DNA of 42,829 nucleotides from a virus (taxonomy: Duplodnaviria > Caudoviricetes): IMG/VR virus record IMGVR_UViG_3300008255_000036, positions 1 through 42,829 of that record. One strand, written 5' to 3'. Within the stretch, counting starts at the first letter, position 1; every line of letters starts with the position of its first letter. The notes beneath the pieces were generated by a model that saw nothing but the letters and a program-made list of their open reading frames with translations, did not search any database and had not been told where the DNA came from. Both the position numbers and the translations under genes were made by a program. Shown here one piece after another: positions 1 to 9,684 of the stretch.

Positions 1-123
1 AGGACCCATCTTCCCTTCAACAACATTTCCTCTACCAAACTTAGATGTCAGTGCATCTTTGGTTTGCTCAACAAGTGACTTTCGTAATTGTACAACAGAA
101 AACTCAGCCAGTCCCTGTCCTGC
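1..123. repeat. Terminal direct repeat, copy 1 (circular assembly overlap)
   Basis: Identical to 42707-42829; lies inside a continuous reading frame. Confidence 0.97.
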
Positions 124-1041
124 CGGGGTGACTTTCAAAAAGGTATTGTTAGCATTTCCACCGTACTTGGAAGCTACTGAGTTTGGGACTTTGAAATATG
201 ATGTTTCTGAGTTTTGCACAGCCTCAAATAATTTTCCATTTTTGGCAAGATCAGTTCCCTTGAGCTTTGCCCCAGTCTCTACCTCAACCCCTTTGAGGGG
301 ACGTGGATCTGTACCTTTTACTTTTGGTGTCACAACTTTTGCACTTGGCTTGAATGCGGCTCCAACTGCTTCTGTAAGTGATGCAGTAATGGCAATATCT
401 CCTGCAAACTCACCGGTAGCACTGACGGATGCCATGAATGGAGAAAAACCCATTCCACGTCTTTCTTCGTAGGTGCCTCTAAATCCATTTATCTCCCCTA
501 GAAGAGGAAGTGATATTTTATCAGGAACTATATTTTTTTTGTCTTGATTCCCCGTCACTGTTTGTATTCCTTCCTCTACTCCTTGAACAATAGTCAACCC
601 AGCTTTTGGAATAGCAGAGATCAATGTTTTTGGTAAGGCCCAAATAGTACGCTTTGCCAACTGTTTTGTACCGGCTGCCATTGCCTTTGTTTTTTCCCAA
701 GGACTCATAAACTGCCAATCCATGTCATCAGGAAAATCAAACTCCCCGACATTGAATCTTTTGTCAGGGTTGGTCGGAGCATCGAATAACACGTTTGCAA
801 ACTCGTATGGGAATCGAGAAGCTACACTCCTACCTGCCTCGCGTGTGATGTAATTATCAAACGCTTTCTTTTTTTGTGTCTCAAGTGCTGCATCCAGTTC
901 AGCGGTACCCCCAGTTGGGAACACCATAGGCCCGTTTTGTTGTGTAGGCTGTTGCTGTTGTGGTTGAGCTTGAGGCTGTGTCACCGTAGGGGTGCTCGTG
1001 TTATTCAGCCTTTGTTCGTAATAGTCGGCTGATCTTGGCAT
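1..1041 (-). CDS. 5' part (347 codons) of a ~1329-aa large internal virion/ejection protein that continues at 42706
   Basis: Manual translation from ATG 1041 (MPRSADYYEQRLNN...) is open down to position 1 (...VEGKMGP) and joins in frame the 985-aa ORF starting MGPELKVD; absent from the ORF track. Confidence 0.9.
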   Translation of the reverse strand, partial: MPRSADYYEQRLNNTSTPTVTQPQAQPQQQQPTQQNGPMVFPTGGTAELDAALETQKKKAFDNYITREAGRSVASRFPYEFANVLFDAPTNPDKRFNVGEFDFPDDMDWQFMSPWEKTKAMAAGTKQLAKRTIWALPKTLISAIPKAGLTIVQGVEEGIQTVTGNQDKKNIVPDKISLPLLGEINGFRGTYEERRGMGFSPFMASVSATGEFAGDIAITASLTEAVGAAFKPSAKVVTPKVKGTDPRPLKGVEVETGAKLKGTDLAKNGKLFEAVQNSETSYFKVPNSVASKYGGNANNTFLKVTPAGQGLAEFSVVQLRKSLVEQTKDALTSKFGRGNVVEGKMGP

Positions 1042-1044
1042 ATA

Positions 1045-2415
1045 TTATCGTTTGAAAATACTTGTAAATGCACTCTGTGCTGTCCTTGCTGCATTCAACA
1101 TAAAGTTTCCAGGACTAGGTGCTCGTTCCGTTGGTGCAGATGCCCTATTTCTTATTTGTGTGGATTGTCCCTCTCCTTGGTTCTGTGGGAGTGCGGCAGC
1201 AGCTTCTCGGGTTGGCCCCATTCTTGCAGGCTCAGGTGGAGGAGTCCCCGTTATTGGCCCGTTCAAAAATCCTGGTGTGCTTCCAGGCATACCACCTTGT
1301 GCATTCCCAAAGTCCATACCTTGATCAGGTCGAATGGCCTCAGCGCCATCGATAGTCTCTGTCACATTACGCATAATCCCATTTTCGTATTGATTGGGAA
1401 TTGAAAGTATCCTGGCTGGGTCAATGTTGAGATCTTCAGGAGTAGCATTGATATATTTTTTATATCCACCGCTTTCCATTCTTTGATAGAGTGTTCCATC
1501 TACACCTCGGGCCCATGTGTTACGAGGTATATAGCTTTGGGTTTGCAATACTTCACCGGGAAGATTGAGGTACCCTTGTTCCCCTCGTTTGAATGTATCC
1601 CCAGTTTGCATTGATTGTGCTACAAGTCTTTGCGGTTTGAAACTTCCTGGATTGCTAGGATCAGGGGTCATCAGGTCAGGCGCGGTGAATCTTTCATCTC
1701 CAATAACGAAGACGTTATTTCCACCTTCTTTCTTATTTGGCTTTGCAAATACCTGGAATCCATTGATCATTCCATTTGTCTCTACAAAACCACTTTTTGC
1801 CCCATATCTGTTGTAATCAACATCGACAATTTCTCCGCGTTCATTTGTTGTCACATACGCTGCATATCCGCCAACAGGATTACTCCCATCAAAGTTTGTC
1901 ATACCATCAAGAGCCCCATATCTATCCTGTAACTCTGTCATGGTATCTTGGTACTCATTCATGTAATCACTATAGTCTTGCCCGGTTGACTCTCTTCGAG
2001 CAATAGACTCTTGAAGATTATCCATCTTTCCTTGAAGTGAGGCAATACGACCCTGCAAAAACTCTTGTGGGTTATTACCAACCATCAGGACATCTTCGTA
2101 TCCTTCACTTTTCATTGTGTTGTTCATCGAATCGAGATCATCCGCACGACCAAACTGAGAGGTACTTTTTTTGGTTTCATATTCAGATATTTTTACGGCA
2201 ACTCGAGATTGTTCTGTTGCTGACAAACCTGGTGTTGTTTCAATTTTTCTTGCTTGATCAAGCAACAGTTCATAATCACTTGGAGCAAGATACCCATCTT
2301 TTTCTAGCTGATTTTGTAAAACAGTCAGTTGATTCATCAACACTGAAACACCATCACCGCTTCCGCCTGATGGTTTTAATGCTGGATTGAGAAATGATAC
2401 GTTGAAGACTGGCAT
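1045..2415 (-). CDS. Hypothetical virion protein, probable ejection/internal protein (456 aa)
   Basis: Long ORF tightly packed in the late operon; helical N-terminus, Pro/Gly-rich C-terminus; function inferred from position. Confidence 0.6.
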   Translation of the reverse strand: MPVFNVSFLNPALKPSGGSGDGVSVLMNQLTVLQNQLEKDGYLAPSDYELLLDQARKIETTPGLSATEQSRVAVKISEYETKKSTSQFGRADDLDSMNNTMKSEGYEDVLMVGNNPQEFLQGRIASLQGKMDNLQESIARRESTGQDYSDYMNEYQDTMTELQDRYGALDGMTNFDGSNPVGGYAAYVTTNERGEIVDVDYNRYGAKSGFVETNGMINGFQVFAKPNKKEGGNNVFVIGDERFTAPDLMTPDPSNPGSFKPQRLVAQSMQTGDTFKRGEQGYLNLPGEVLQTQSYIPRNTWARGVDGTLYQRMESGGYKKYINATPEDLNIDPARILSIPNQYENGIMRNVTETIDGAEAIRPDQGMDFGNAQGGMPGSTPGFLNGPITGTPPPEPARMGPTREAAAALPQNQGEGQSTQIRNRASAPTERAPSPGNFMLNAARTAQSAFTSIFKR

Positions 2416-2418
2416 ATG

Positions 2419-4293
2419 CTATTGGTTAGGCAACTTGAGTGTAGACCCTGCATAGATATTGTTTGGATCTTTAATATCCTGATTTGCCTTCAAGATTTCA
2501 TCTACGGTAGTTTTGTTTTTTGATGCAATGGCAGAAAGTGTATCACCTCTTTGAATCTTATACTCGATGATATTCGGGTTTGCCGGTGCCTGTGCTGGTG
2601 TATTTTGTGTCGGATTTTGTTGCTGTTGATTTATACGCTTATTTGCCTCAGTGTTCAGTTTGAAATCCGTTGTTTTGATTGAAGTACCTTGCTCTATCCC
2701 TGAGATGTCTGAGACTGTTTGTACGTCACTGAAACTCTTTCCAGTTGCTTGGTTAAACGTGTCCCCAGTCCATCCACCCTCAAATACTCGAAGTTTCCCA
2801 TTTTCGTATTGATATACTGAAGCTGAGTTTGGAAGTTTGTATAAACCACCTTCGCTGAAATCTGCTCCTAATTGGAATCCTTTTGCTTTGTCTTGTGGGA
2901 CAGTGATGTCAGGAGTCCCGTCTTCCCCAAATTGCTGCTCTTTCGCTTTATCTCCAGCTTCCGTAATAACATCACTTGCTTTCTTTGTGGCGAGTTCTTC
3001 AGGAGAAAATACCACACCGGCACCGGATGCTACTGCCTGTTTAAGCGCCTGTTCTTGAGTAATACCTGGACTATTTTGCATAATCTGATTCATGGTACCG
3101 AGGATTTGTTGGATTTGTGATTCCTTTTCGTTCGATGCCATTTGGATAACCTTTTGGTATGAGCTTGTCAGATTGACACCAAAATTATCCTGTAGGTAGG
3201 AAATAGTATTTACCGCTTTTGCAGCATCAAGGTCAGTAGCAAATTGATTGATTGTTTCTGTTGCCTTGAGTTCAGCTGCGTATTTCAAACTCTTTTGTTG
3301 CTCTTGATTTATTTTTTCTTCATACCCGGTAAGCTCTGGTCGATCCTTTACCGTTTCATACCAGTTGTTGACATCCCCCATGTCCGTATTCTTTAGGATA
3401 TTTTTCGATTGCTTATAGTCAACCTTTTCTTTAAGTTCCGCAGTGTATCTACTGAAAAATCCATTTGCTGCACGATCATTCAAATACTCACCACGTTTTG
3501 CGTTCCAAAAATCTTGCTCATTATCATATCGAACACCACCAATGGTGATTGGTGTACCGGCATCTCCGCTTTCGACCATCTTATTGAAATCATTGAGAAG
3601 ACTCAGCGCTGACTGCCCGGTAAGCGTAGACACTGACATGTTCGTCGCGATCTTACTGATTTTTGATTCAGTGAGAGATTTTTTTAGTGTTTGTAGTTGC
3701 AGATCAAGGACAGACACATAGTCGTCATTGCCATTAAGCAATGCTGTCTTTCTTTCTTGGGAAACCCTATTGATCTGCTCAGATAAAACATTTTCACTCT
3801 TATCCTCAGTAGCATACTGAGTCTGTCTCTCAAGTACGGCTTTGCGCTGGGTATATTGTTGTGATTTGAGCTGTGTAAGCTGATCCTTGATATTATTTTT
3901 TATGTTGATGTCCGTGGTACGTGAGAGACGATCCTGCAACCATGAAATAGTCGCATCAAGCGATTGTGATCCGCTATTGAATTGCATGAGTTCACTCAGA
4001 TACGCGTCATTAAAATCTTGCACTTCCTTCCGATCTTTCAAATTAGATACTTCTTTTCGTATACGTATTCGTTCGTCTGTATCATTTTTTGCAACAGAAT
4101 CGAGCTGGCCCATTCGATATTCAATCTGATCATCAATCGATAGATTGTCTTCCATGACAGCCTTGTAGAACTTTGATTCCTTTTCAGCATTTTGCCTGAC
4201 ACGTTGGTTTTGAAGCAATACCAAACTGGACCCAATAAAGGCATTGAGGTTGGAGGCAATTACTTTTCTATCTGCGAGTCGTTCAAATGCCAT
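2419..4293 (-). CDS. Virion protein with coiled-coil body and C-terminal LysM domain (624 aa)
   Basis: C-terminus EYKIQRGDTLSAIASKNKTTVDEILKANQDIKDPNNIYAGSTLKLP is a textbook LysM. Confidence 0.8.
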   Translation of the reverse strand: MAFERLADRKVIASNLNAFIGSSLVLLQNQRVRQNAEKESKFYKAVMEDNLSIDDQIEYRMGQLDSVAKNDTDERIRIRKEVSNLKDRKEVQDFNDAYLSELMQFNSGSQSLDATISWLQDRLSRTTDINIKNNIKDQLTQLKSQQYTQRKAVLERQTQYATEDKSENVLSEQINRVSQERKTALLNGNDDYVSVLDLQLQTLKKSLTESKISKIATNMSVSTLTGQSALSLLNDFNKMVESGDAGTPITIGGVRYDNEQDFWNAKRGEYLNDRAANGFFSRYTAELKEKVDYKQSKNILKNTDMGDVNNWYETVKDRPELTGYEEKINQEQQKSLKYAAELKATETINQFATDLDAAKAVNTISYLQDNFGVNLTSSYQKVIQMASNEKESQIQQILGTMNQIMQNSPGITQEQALKQAVASGAGVVFSPEELATKKASDVITEAGDKAKEQQFGEDGTPDITVPQDKAKGFQLGADFSEGGLYKLPNSASVYQYENGKLRVFEGGWTGDTFNQATGKSFSDVQTVSDISGIEQGTSIKTTDFKLNTEANKRINQQQQNPTQNTPAQAPANPNIIEYKIQRGDTLSAIASKNKTTVDEILKANQDIKDPNNIYAGSTLKLPNQ

Positions 4294-4297
4294 ATGG

Positions 4298-6037
4298 TTA
4301 TGGTATTACTTGTGGAGTAGGAGCCGCGCCGGATGCTTGTTGATTTCCGGCTGCAACTGCACCGTCAGGTGACGTACGTGTAAATCCTTGATTTGGTGTA
4401 TTGGGTAATCCATTCCCATCTGATCCCGGGGTTCCCCCTTCCCCTTCTTGTGGGTTCATCATCTGCATGCTTTGTGCCAAAAGACCAGGCTGTCGTGCAA
4501 TCTGTGGACCAAGAACAGGATCCATAAGATCCATCTTCATTCTCTTTTGCTCGATCTTTGGCTGTGGAATACCGAGATTCTTCATCGTTGTAGTAAGTGA
4601 TTGTGTACTTGATTGGAGTTTGTTGAGTTCGTCTACAATGTTTCTTAGGAGTGTAGAGATGATATTCACTTCATTTGTGTAGTCACTCATGACAACCTCT
4701 TTCGTCTCAGGCCAGTACAGCTCTAACAGTTTTAGAATGTTTTTATTCAAATGTTTGAGTGCTGCTTGATGTCGTCCTATACGTGGATTCAATTTTCGGA
4801 TGACTGACTGCAATGCAACAGAAAGCGCGCGCCCTGAAACATTCGCACCGTTCAAACTTGAAAGCAATGCTTCTGACACACCGGACACATCCAAAATAAC
4901 GCTCTTGCGGGTTGCCACAAAGTTTGAACTTGCGTATGGATCACCAGAGCGTTGAATGGGAGAAAGCTCACCTTCGTCAGGCAAGTTAAAAATCTTTGAA
5001 AGACCATGCACAAGCACCTCCATTCCCTCGAGGTTTTTACCTTGAAGGTTGATGGTTGAAAGAAACTTGAGTGCGTTGGCGAGGTCGTTGTTTACATCGT
5101 TGTAAAATATCTGAGGATCAATGACATCTTCCAAATCAGATTTGCCAAATGGATGATTTGGGACATATGAGTTTTTGATGTATTCAAGTGGTATGAACCC
5201 CCAGTTATGCCACCAGTAGTCAACGAGCTTGTCGTCAATGTAGAGTGCCATGTATTTATCTGTCCAATGCTCATGACGTTGAATCATCGGCTGCATAGAA
5301 CCTTGACTGATTTGAGCTATTGGAGACCCTTTTTTAATTTTAGATTTTGTTTTGATCAACTTATCCACATCCACCCCACGCTCTGTAAGTCGTTTACCGT
5401 AATCTTTTTTGAGCTTTGATGCAGTTATCTCAGTAGAGTCTACATACCCAATAATTTTTCTATAATTAGCATCATCAAAAATAGGGCGTATATTTGCCGG
5501 GTTGTCAACATTGAAAAATACAATTCTCCAGTCGTCCTTATTGTCACTTCCATTTTTTTCAAGGAGTGGACCTTTGAGGAATGAATCGCCAAACTCTGAA
5601 CCAACTTTTGCGAGTTCAGGGAGTACAATTTCATCTGCATCATTGTCGTCGTATACTTTTTGTAAAAGTCTCTCCTTTATTTCTGATTTCATTTCTAGTA
5701 TCTCGTCTGTTTCATCCGCTGATGGACAGTTGATTTCTACAGGGGCATCGTAGAGAAGTGAAGAAAATGTATCGACAATTACTGCACAATAATTATCTAC
5801 CTTTTGTGATGCACCAGGGGCGGCATCATGATCAAATTGATCGCCACCATAAAATTGTTCCAACGTCACATATCCGACAAACTTCTTGCCGGAAGATCCA
5901 CGAGATGTTGGGACTCCATTGACGCGACGTTCAAGATCGTATTTCGTATCATCCATTGCCATCTGAAACTCTTTCGACATTTCAGCCTCAAACGCCTTTT
6001 GCTCTTTTTTTGTCATGTTTTTTTTGTAGTCGAGCAT
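4298..6037 (-). CDS. Portal protein (579 aa)
   Basis: Follows TerL; size and motif HNWGFIP...PFGKSDLEDVIDPQIFYN resemble phage portals. Confidence 0.8.
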   Translation of the reverse strand: MLDYKKNMTKKEQKAFEAEMSKEFQMAMDDTKYDLERRVNGVPTSRGSSGKKFVGYVTLEQFYGGDQFDHDAAPGASQKVDNYCAVIVDTFSSLLYDAPVEINCPSADETDEILEMKSEIKERLLQKVYDDNDADEIVLPELAKVGSEFGDSFLKGPLLEKNGSDNKDDWRIVFFNVDNPANIRPIFDDANYRKIIGYVDSTEITASKLKKDYGKRLTERGVDVDKLIKTKSKIKKGSPIAQISQGSMQPMIQRHEHWTDKYMALYIDDKLVDYWWHNWGFIPLEYIKNSYVPNHPFGKSDLEDVIDPQIFYNDVNNDLANALKFLSTINLQGKNLEGMEVLVHGLSKIFNLPDEGELSPIQRSGDPYASSNFVATRKSVILDVSGVSEALLSSLNGANVSGRALSVALQSVIRKLNPRIGRHQAALKHLNKNILKLLELYWPETKEVVMSDYTNEVNIISTLLRNIVDELNKLQSSTQSLTTTMKNLGIPQPKIEQKRMKMDLMDPVLGPQIARQPGLLAQSMQMMNPQEGEGGTPGSDGNGLPNTPNQGFTRTSPDGAVAAGNQQASGAAPTPQVIP

Positions 6038-6040
6038 ACG

Positions 6041-7825
6041 TTATCCGATGATCCGCTCCTTGATTTGAAGCGGCTTACTTGTAAGAGTTTTTCCTTCCGG
6101 GTTCAAAACTTGTTCCGGCTTTGTTGCTAATATATTTATATTATACACCTTTACGCGATTTGGTACTAGTTTTCTTTCAAGCCACCATACCCCCATGCCA
6201 AATGCCATAACCTCATCTTGCTCAAGTTTATTATCATTTGCGTGATAAATCGTAAGTTGTTCTTCCAACTCAGGAATGTATGGACATCTAATGCGACCAA
6301 ACGATTCATTCCCTTCAACCAACTTTCCTTCAACATCTTTTTCTGCTTTTCTGTTGTACACAAGTGCACGTGAGAGTAAGAAAAGCATTTCATCCTTGTT
6401 CCCTTTGTTCGTGTAAAAATCATGAAGATTCGTCACTTTCATTTCGCGCAACATTTTTTTGATCATGGTTCCACCCATGGATGTTGAGTCATGAATGATG
6501 TCTGCCTGGTTGTAATCATCTTGCAAAATCTTTACCTTAGCCAGGACCACGTATGGCGAACCACCCTTGATACTTTCCCGATAAACCACCTTGTATGTTG
6601 CGTGTGGAGCGCCAAACATGGGCTGTTTTCCTTGCTCCTTCTGCACGTCTGTATAGTCGATGATGTAGATAACTGTTGGATCTCCTGAGTCTGAAAATCC
6701 CCAATCAACAGTCATGAGATACTTACGATTCGTCATTGGCCCCTGCATGTCAATATCACCAACGAAAAGCTGCTCGACCACCTGGGTTGGGAACAACTTG
6801 GCACCGGTAGAAATAAAATCACCAAAAGCAACCTGACGATATTTTTCCTCATCTGTTTCTTTAATACTTTGAAGGACTTTGTTTTTTTCCTCGTCGCGAA
6901 TGAAGACATTGTTCATAAGCGTCCCGAGCAAGGTAAAAAATCCGTCTTCTGCTTTGAGTCCTTTTTTTACGATGCGGAAATAAAACGCGTGCGACGGCTT
7001 GTCTACCTCAGGAGTTCCAATAATGTCCATCGGACCACCGGAGTCTATCAAACGAGATTGAATCTTTGCCGGAAGTTCATCACGCAAGTGAAGTGACTGT
7101 GGGGCTTCGTCATAACTGATGTAGTAAAATTGTGTACCGGCAAGAGATGATGCCTGATCTTCTCCGGTTGGGACACCCTTGATGTACGAATTATTTGCAA
7201 AAATCACCTCACGCTTTACCTGCTTATGCGCTTTCAAAAATGATTTTATTTTACATTGGTTACGAACACGACGTTGAATGCCATCCTCTCCGGTCCACCA
7301 ATACACAAACTTATCTTGAAAAATATCCACGACATATCGATATGCCGCATCCACCTGAAGGGAGTGAGGGGAAATGTTCAGGGTTGGATACCGCGCTGTG
7401 CGGATTTGCTCAGGATCTCCATGCAATCCAATCTTGTAAAAATTATACCAAATATGTTTTACCGCAGTGACAAAAGTTTTGCCAAAACGGTTTGATGGAC
7501 AAAGAATGTTTTTCAAAAATGGATGATTCTCGAACTTATCCACAAGCTCATCAACAGTCATTGTCATCTGCTCACCCGGCTCGAGTAATGGAAGTTGGAT
7601 TTTTTCCGCAATGGCCATTTCGACCCCACGTCTGATCTGCGTTTTTGTTGTCATCCAAAGCCATATCTTTTGGCTTGCATGAAACTGCAATCCCAATAGT
7701 TCCTGGCCGAATAAGACAGGATCTTTACGACCACGCGCAATAATAAGCGCCGTGTCCTTGACGCTTGTTTGTAGATGCTCAGGGGTAGACCTGAGCATTG
7801 TTTTGAACGTAGTTGGAAGTGGCAT
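6041..7825 (-). CDS. terL: Terminase large subunit (594 aa)
   Basis: Walker A-like SNRFGKT, Walker B YISYDEA, IIGTP motif, RNase H-like nuclease TVDWG..SGDPTV and QDEVMA. Confidence 0.9.
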   Translation of the reverse strand: MPLPTTFKTMLRSTPEHLQTSVKDTALIIARGRKDPVLFGQELLGLQFHASQKIWLWMTTKTQIRRGVEMAIAEKIQLPLLEPGEQMTMTVDELVDKFENHPFLKNILCPSNRFGKTFVTAVKHIWYNFYKIGLHGDPEQIRTARYPTLNISPHSLQVDAAYRYVVDIFQDKFVYWWTGEDGIQRRVRNQCKIKSFLKAHKQVKREVIFANNSYIKGVPTGEDQASSLAGTQFYYISYDEAPQSLHLRDELPAKIQSRLIDSGGPMDIIGTPEVDKPSHAFYFRIVKKGLKAEDGFFTLLGTLMNNVFIRDEEKNKVLQSIKETDEEKYRQVAFGDFISTGAKLFPTQVVEQLFVGDIDMQGPMTNRKYLMTVDWGFSDSGDPTVIYIIDYTDVQKEQGKQPMFGAPHATYKVVYRESIKGGSPYVVLAKVKILQDDYNQADIIHDSTSMGGTMIKKMLREMKVTNLHDFYTNKGNKDEMLFLLSRALVYNRKAEKDVEGKLVEGNESFGRIRCPYIPELEEQLTIYHANDNKLEQDEVMAFGMGVWWLERKLVPNRVKVYNINILATKPEQVLNPEGKTLTSKPLQIKERIIG

Positions 7826-7827
7826 AA

Positions 7828-8490
7828 TTACAATTGTGATGGATCAAATACAATGCTTGATAGTATTTCAACATGTAAGGGCTCTTTTGCTTGTTCAAGT
7901 TGCAGTTGCTCATCGGGTTCCTCCTCAATCTCAGCATCAATTATTTCGCTTTCCTCAACGTCCCCGTACTGCGCTGCTTCCATCATTTCTTCAAACATAG
8001 ATTGATCACGATTGTCCTTGTTTCGTTTGAGCTCAAGTGCTTCCATATCATTTTTCAGCTTGATCGCATCGCGGAGCATATTCATCCGGTCCTTGATTGG
8101 TACGCGCTTCGCTGCTTCGGTATCATCAGCAAGTTCTTTGAGAGCTCCAACACCAATTTTCATCATGTATTCAATGCTGTTTTCCTGCAATTTCTTTAGT
8201 GTCGTTTCGTCTGTTTCAAAATCATTTGACTGTACGTGTACCTCAGCAAGTGAGGATGATGTCGGAACTGTAGCAGGGTTACTTTTTTGCTTTTCACGCT
8301 TCTTTTTTTCTTTCCTAGAAAAAGTTGACCACGTAGCTTTTTTAATATCAGGATCTCGTGGCTGAACAAACTGACGCCAAAAATCAACATGCCCCATACG
8401 GTGCGCATGTTTATCAAAATCCTCCATGATCGCCGCGTAATGTGGAGACGCTTTGATTATTGGTTGGAAAAACTCTTGATTCGCTGGCAT
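7828..8490 (-). CDS. Putative terminase small subunit (220 aa)
   Basis: Directly upstream of TerL; helical with acidic C-terminus; positional inference. Confidence 0.55.
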   Translation of the reverse strand: MPANQEFFQPIIKASPHYAAIMEDFDKHAHRMGHVDFWRQFVQPRDPDIKKATWSTFSRKEKKKREKQKSNPATVPTSSSLAEVHVQSNDFETDETTLKKLQENSIEYMMKIGVGALKELADDTEAAKRVPIKDRMNMLRDAIKLKNDMEALELKRNKDNRDQSMFEEMMEAAQYGDVEESEIIDAEIEEEPDEQLQLEQAKEPLHVEILSSIVFDPSQL

Positions 8491-8511
8491 AGAAGTATTT
8501 TTTTCAATGTA

Positions 8512-8540
8512 ATTATACAGCTATTGTTGACAACAGTAAA
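8512..8540 (-). promoter_or_regulatory. Sigma70-type promoter of the late (terminase) operon
   Basis: TTTACT-N17-TATAAT on the minus strand just upstream of the ATG at 8490. Confidence 0.65.
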
Positions 8541-8569
8541 GTTTTGCACATTTTATTCACACCAACCAC

Positions 8570-8598
8570 TTGCACAATAAAAAATCGTGATGTATAGT
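8570..8598 (+). promoter_or_regulatory. Sigma70-type promoter of the RNase/tRNA/ncRNA unit
   Basis: TTGCAC-N17-TATAGT, divergent from the late promoter; TTWTNCACA DnaA-box-like 9-mers at 8542 and 8553 between them. Confidence 0.6.
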
Positions 8599-8696
8599 TT
8601 ATTTGCTTTCAATCCTAACAAAATCCTATGCGCAAAAAATTGAAAAAACTGAACTCCAAAGCAAACAGCTTTGGTTTTTTATTGCATAGTTTCTAG

Positions 8697-8797
8697 TACA
8701 CCGGGTTCCAGCTTGCCAAAAAAACATTGGTTGTAGGATTCCAATGTTTGCGACGAGAGCCTTGCTGGATGACAGGATTCGTCTTGTTCCCGGTGCA
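8697..8797 (+). ncRNA. Putative structured RNA (tRNA-like multi-stem)
   Basis: CACCGGG/CCCGGTG closing stem, TCCAGC/GCTGGA, AAACATTGG/CCAATGTTT and ACAGGA-TTCG-TCTTGT hairpins. Confidence 0.45.
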
Positions 8798-8870
8798 GTG
8801 GAAATTATCCACTATCCTCTCCCTATCCGTCCGGAATCGTTTAGGGAGAGGTTTCCTCTCTAATGTATCT

Positions 8871-9173
8871 ATGAAAATGAAAATAATCATAACGCAGCAC
8901 GCGAAAGAGAGACTTATCGAACGAGGGGGGATAATGTTGAAGCTCATTGCAGAAGACGCATATCAAAATGGTGAAAATCTCACTGATGAAGAAATGCGTA
9001 TCATGTTTGAAAAAGGGATCTTCGGGAAACGATACTGGGGATCAACATACAGAAAACATTTCGGGCTCATATGGGTATTCCGAAATAAATCAAAAAAAAT
9101 TAGGCTTCTCACTGTCCTTTATCCACGTTTTCTTAGGTCTCCGTTTGAAAAGGACAGTTATTTTGAAGCATAG
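8871..9173 (+). CDS. Small basic protein, possible BECR-fold (RelE/DUF4258-like) ribonuclease (100 aa)
   Basis: N-terminal IIITQHAKERLIERG and C-terminal IWVF...LLTVL strands recall DUF4258/BECR nucleases; start moved to ATG 8871. Confidence 0.5.
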   Translation: MKMKIIITQHAKERLIERGGIMLKLIAEDAYQNGENLTDEEMRIMFEKGIFGKRYWGSTYRKHFGLIWVFRNKSKKIRLLTVLYPRFLRSPFEKDSYFEA

Positions 9174-9218
9174 TCACTCCACTTTACCCCATAATAGGGG
9201 TAGTGATGGTGCGATTAT

Positions 9219-9291
9219 GCGGACGTAGCTCAATTGGTAGAGTAGGGGCTGTTACCCCCGATGGTTGCTGGTTCGATCCCAGCCGTTCGCA
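9219..9291 (+). tRNA. Atypical tRNA-Asn(GTT), possibly pseudo
   Basis: Acceptor GCGGACG/CGTTCGC, D arm GCTC/GAGT, T arm GCTGG-TTCGATC-CCAGC; loop CTGTTAC on only a 4-bp GGGG/CCCC stem; discriminator A. Confidence 0.7.
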
Positions 9292-9356
9292 TTTACATGT
9301 ATTTGCCCACTGGCTTACGTCACTGTCAACTTGTTACTTCGGTAAATGGAGGTGCT

Positions 9357-9545
9357 ATGCCTACAATGGAGCAACCGCACTACTGCTCCACGTGCAAAAA
9401 GCAAACACCTCATGGTTTAATCGAAGAATCATACCTGTTTGCCGGGCGCACATTTCATTTGTTTGTCCATTTCTGCATCACATGCTGCAACAATCGTACG
9501 AGCATGTGGATCAGAAGGGACTTGGCCGTCCGAAAGGACGTGTAG
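9357..9545 (+). CDS. Small zinc-ribbon protein (62 aa)
   Basis: CSTC...CITC; strong SD GGAGGTG upstream, unusual for this genome. Confidence 0.55.
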   Translation: MPTMEQPHYCSTCKKQTPHGLIEESYLFAGRTFHLFVHFCITCCNNRTSMWIRRDLAVRKDV

Positions 9546-9613
9546 AAGGAGGTGATCAGTATCTCCGTGACTGGCTCCGACACGGTTAGCGCAAGCAATC
9601 GGAGCCCCCTCAT

Positions 9614-9684
9614 TCCCCGGTCGTCTATCGGTAGGACGCAAGGCTTTGATCCTTGAAAGGGTGGTTCGATTCCATCTTGGGGAA
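9614..9684 (+). tRNA. tRNA-Gln(TTG)
   Basis: Acceptor TCCCCGG/TTGGGGA (U1-A72), anticodon arm CAAGG-CTTTGAT-CCTTG, T arm GGTGG-TTCGATT-CCATC. Confidence 0.88.

Noticed and set aside
1-123. 123-nt end repeat as a biological terminal repeat
   Set aside because: It lies mid-gene with an intact frame across the join, as expected for an assembler overlap of a circular contig
59-8580. Plus-strand ORFs opposite the late genes (and similar ones at 26-42 kb)
   Set aside because: They are antisense shadows of long, motif-bearing minus-strand genes
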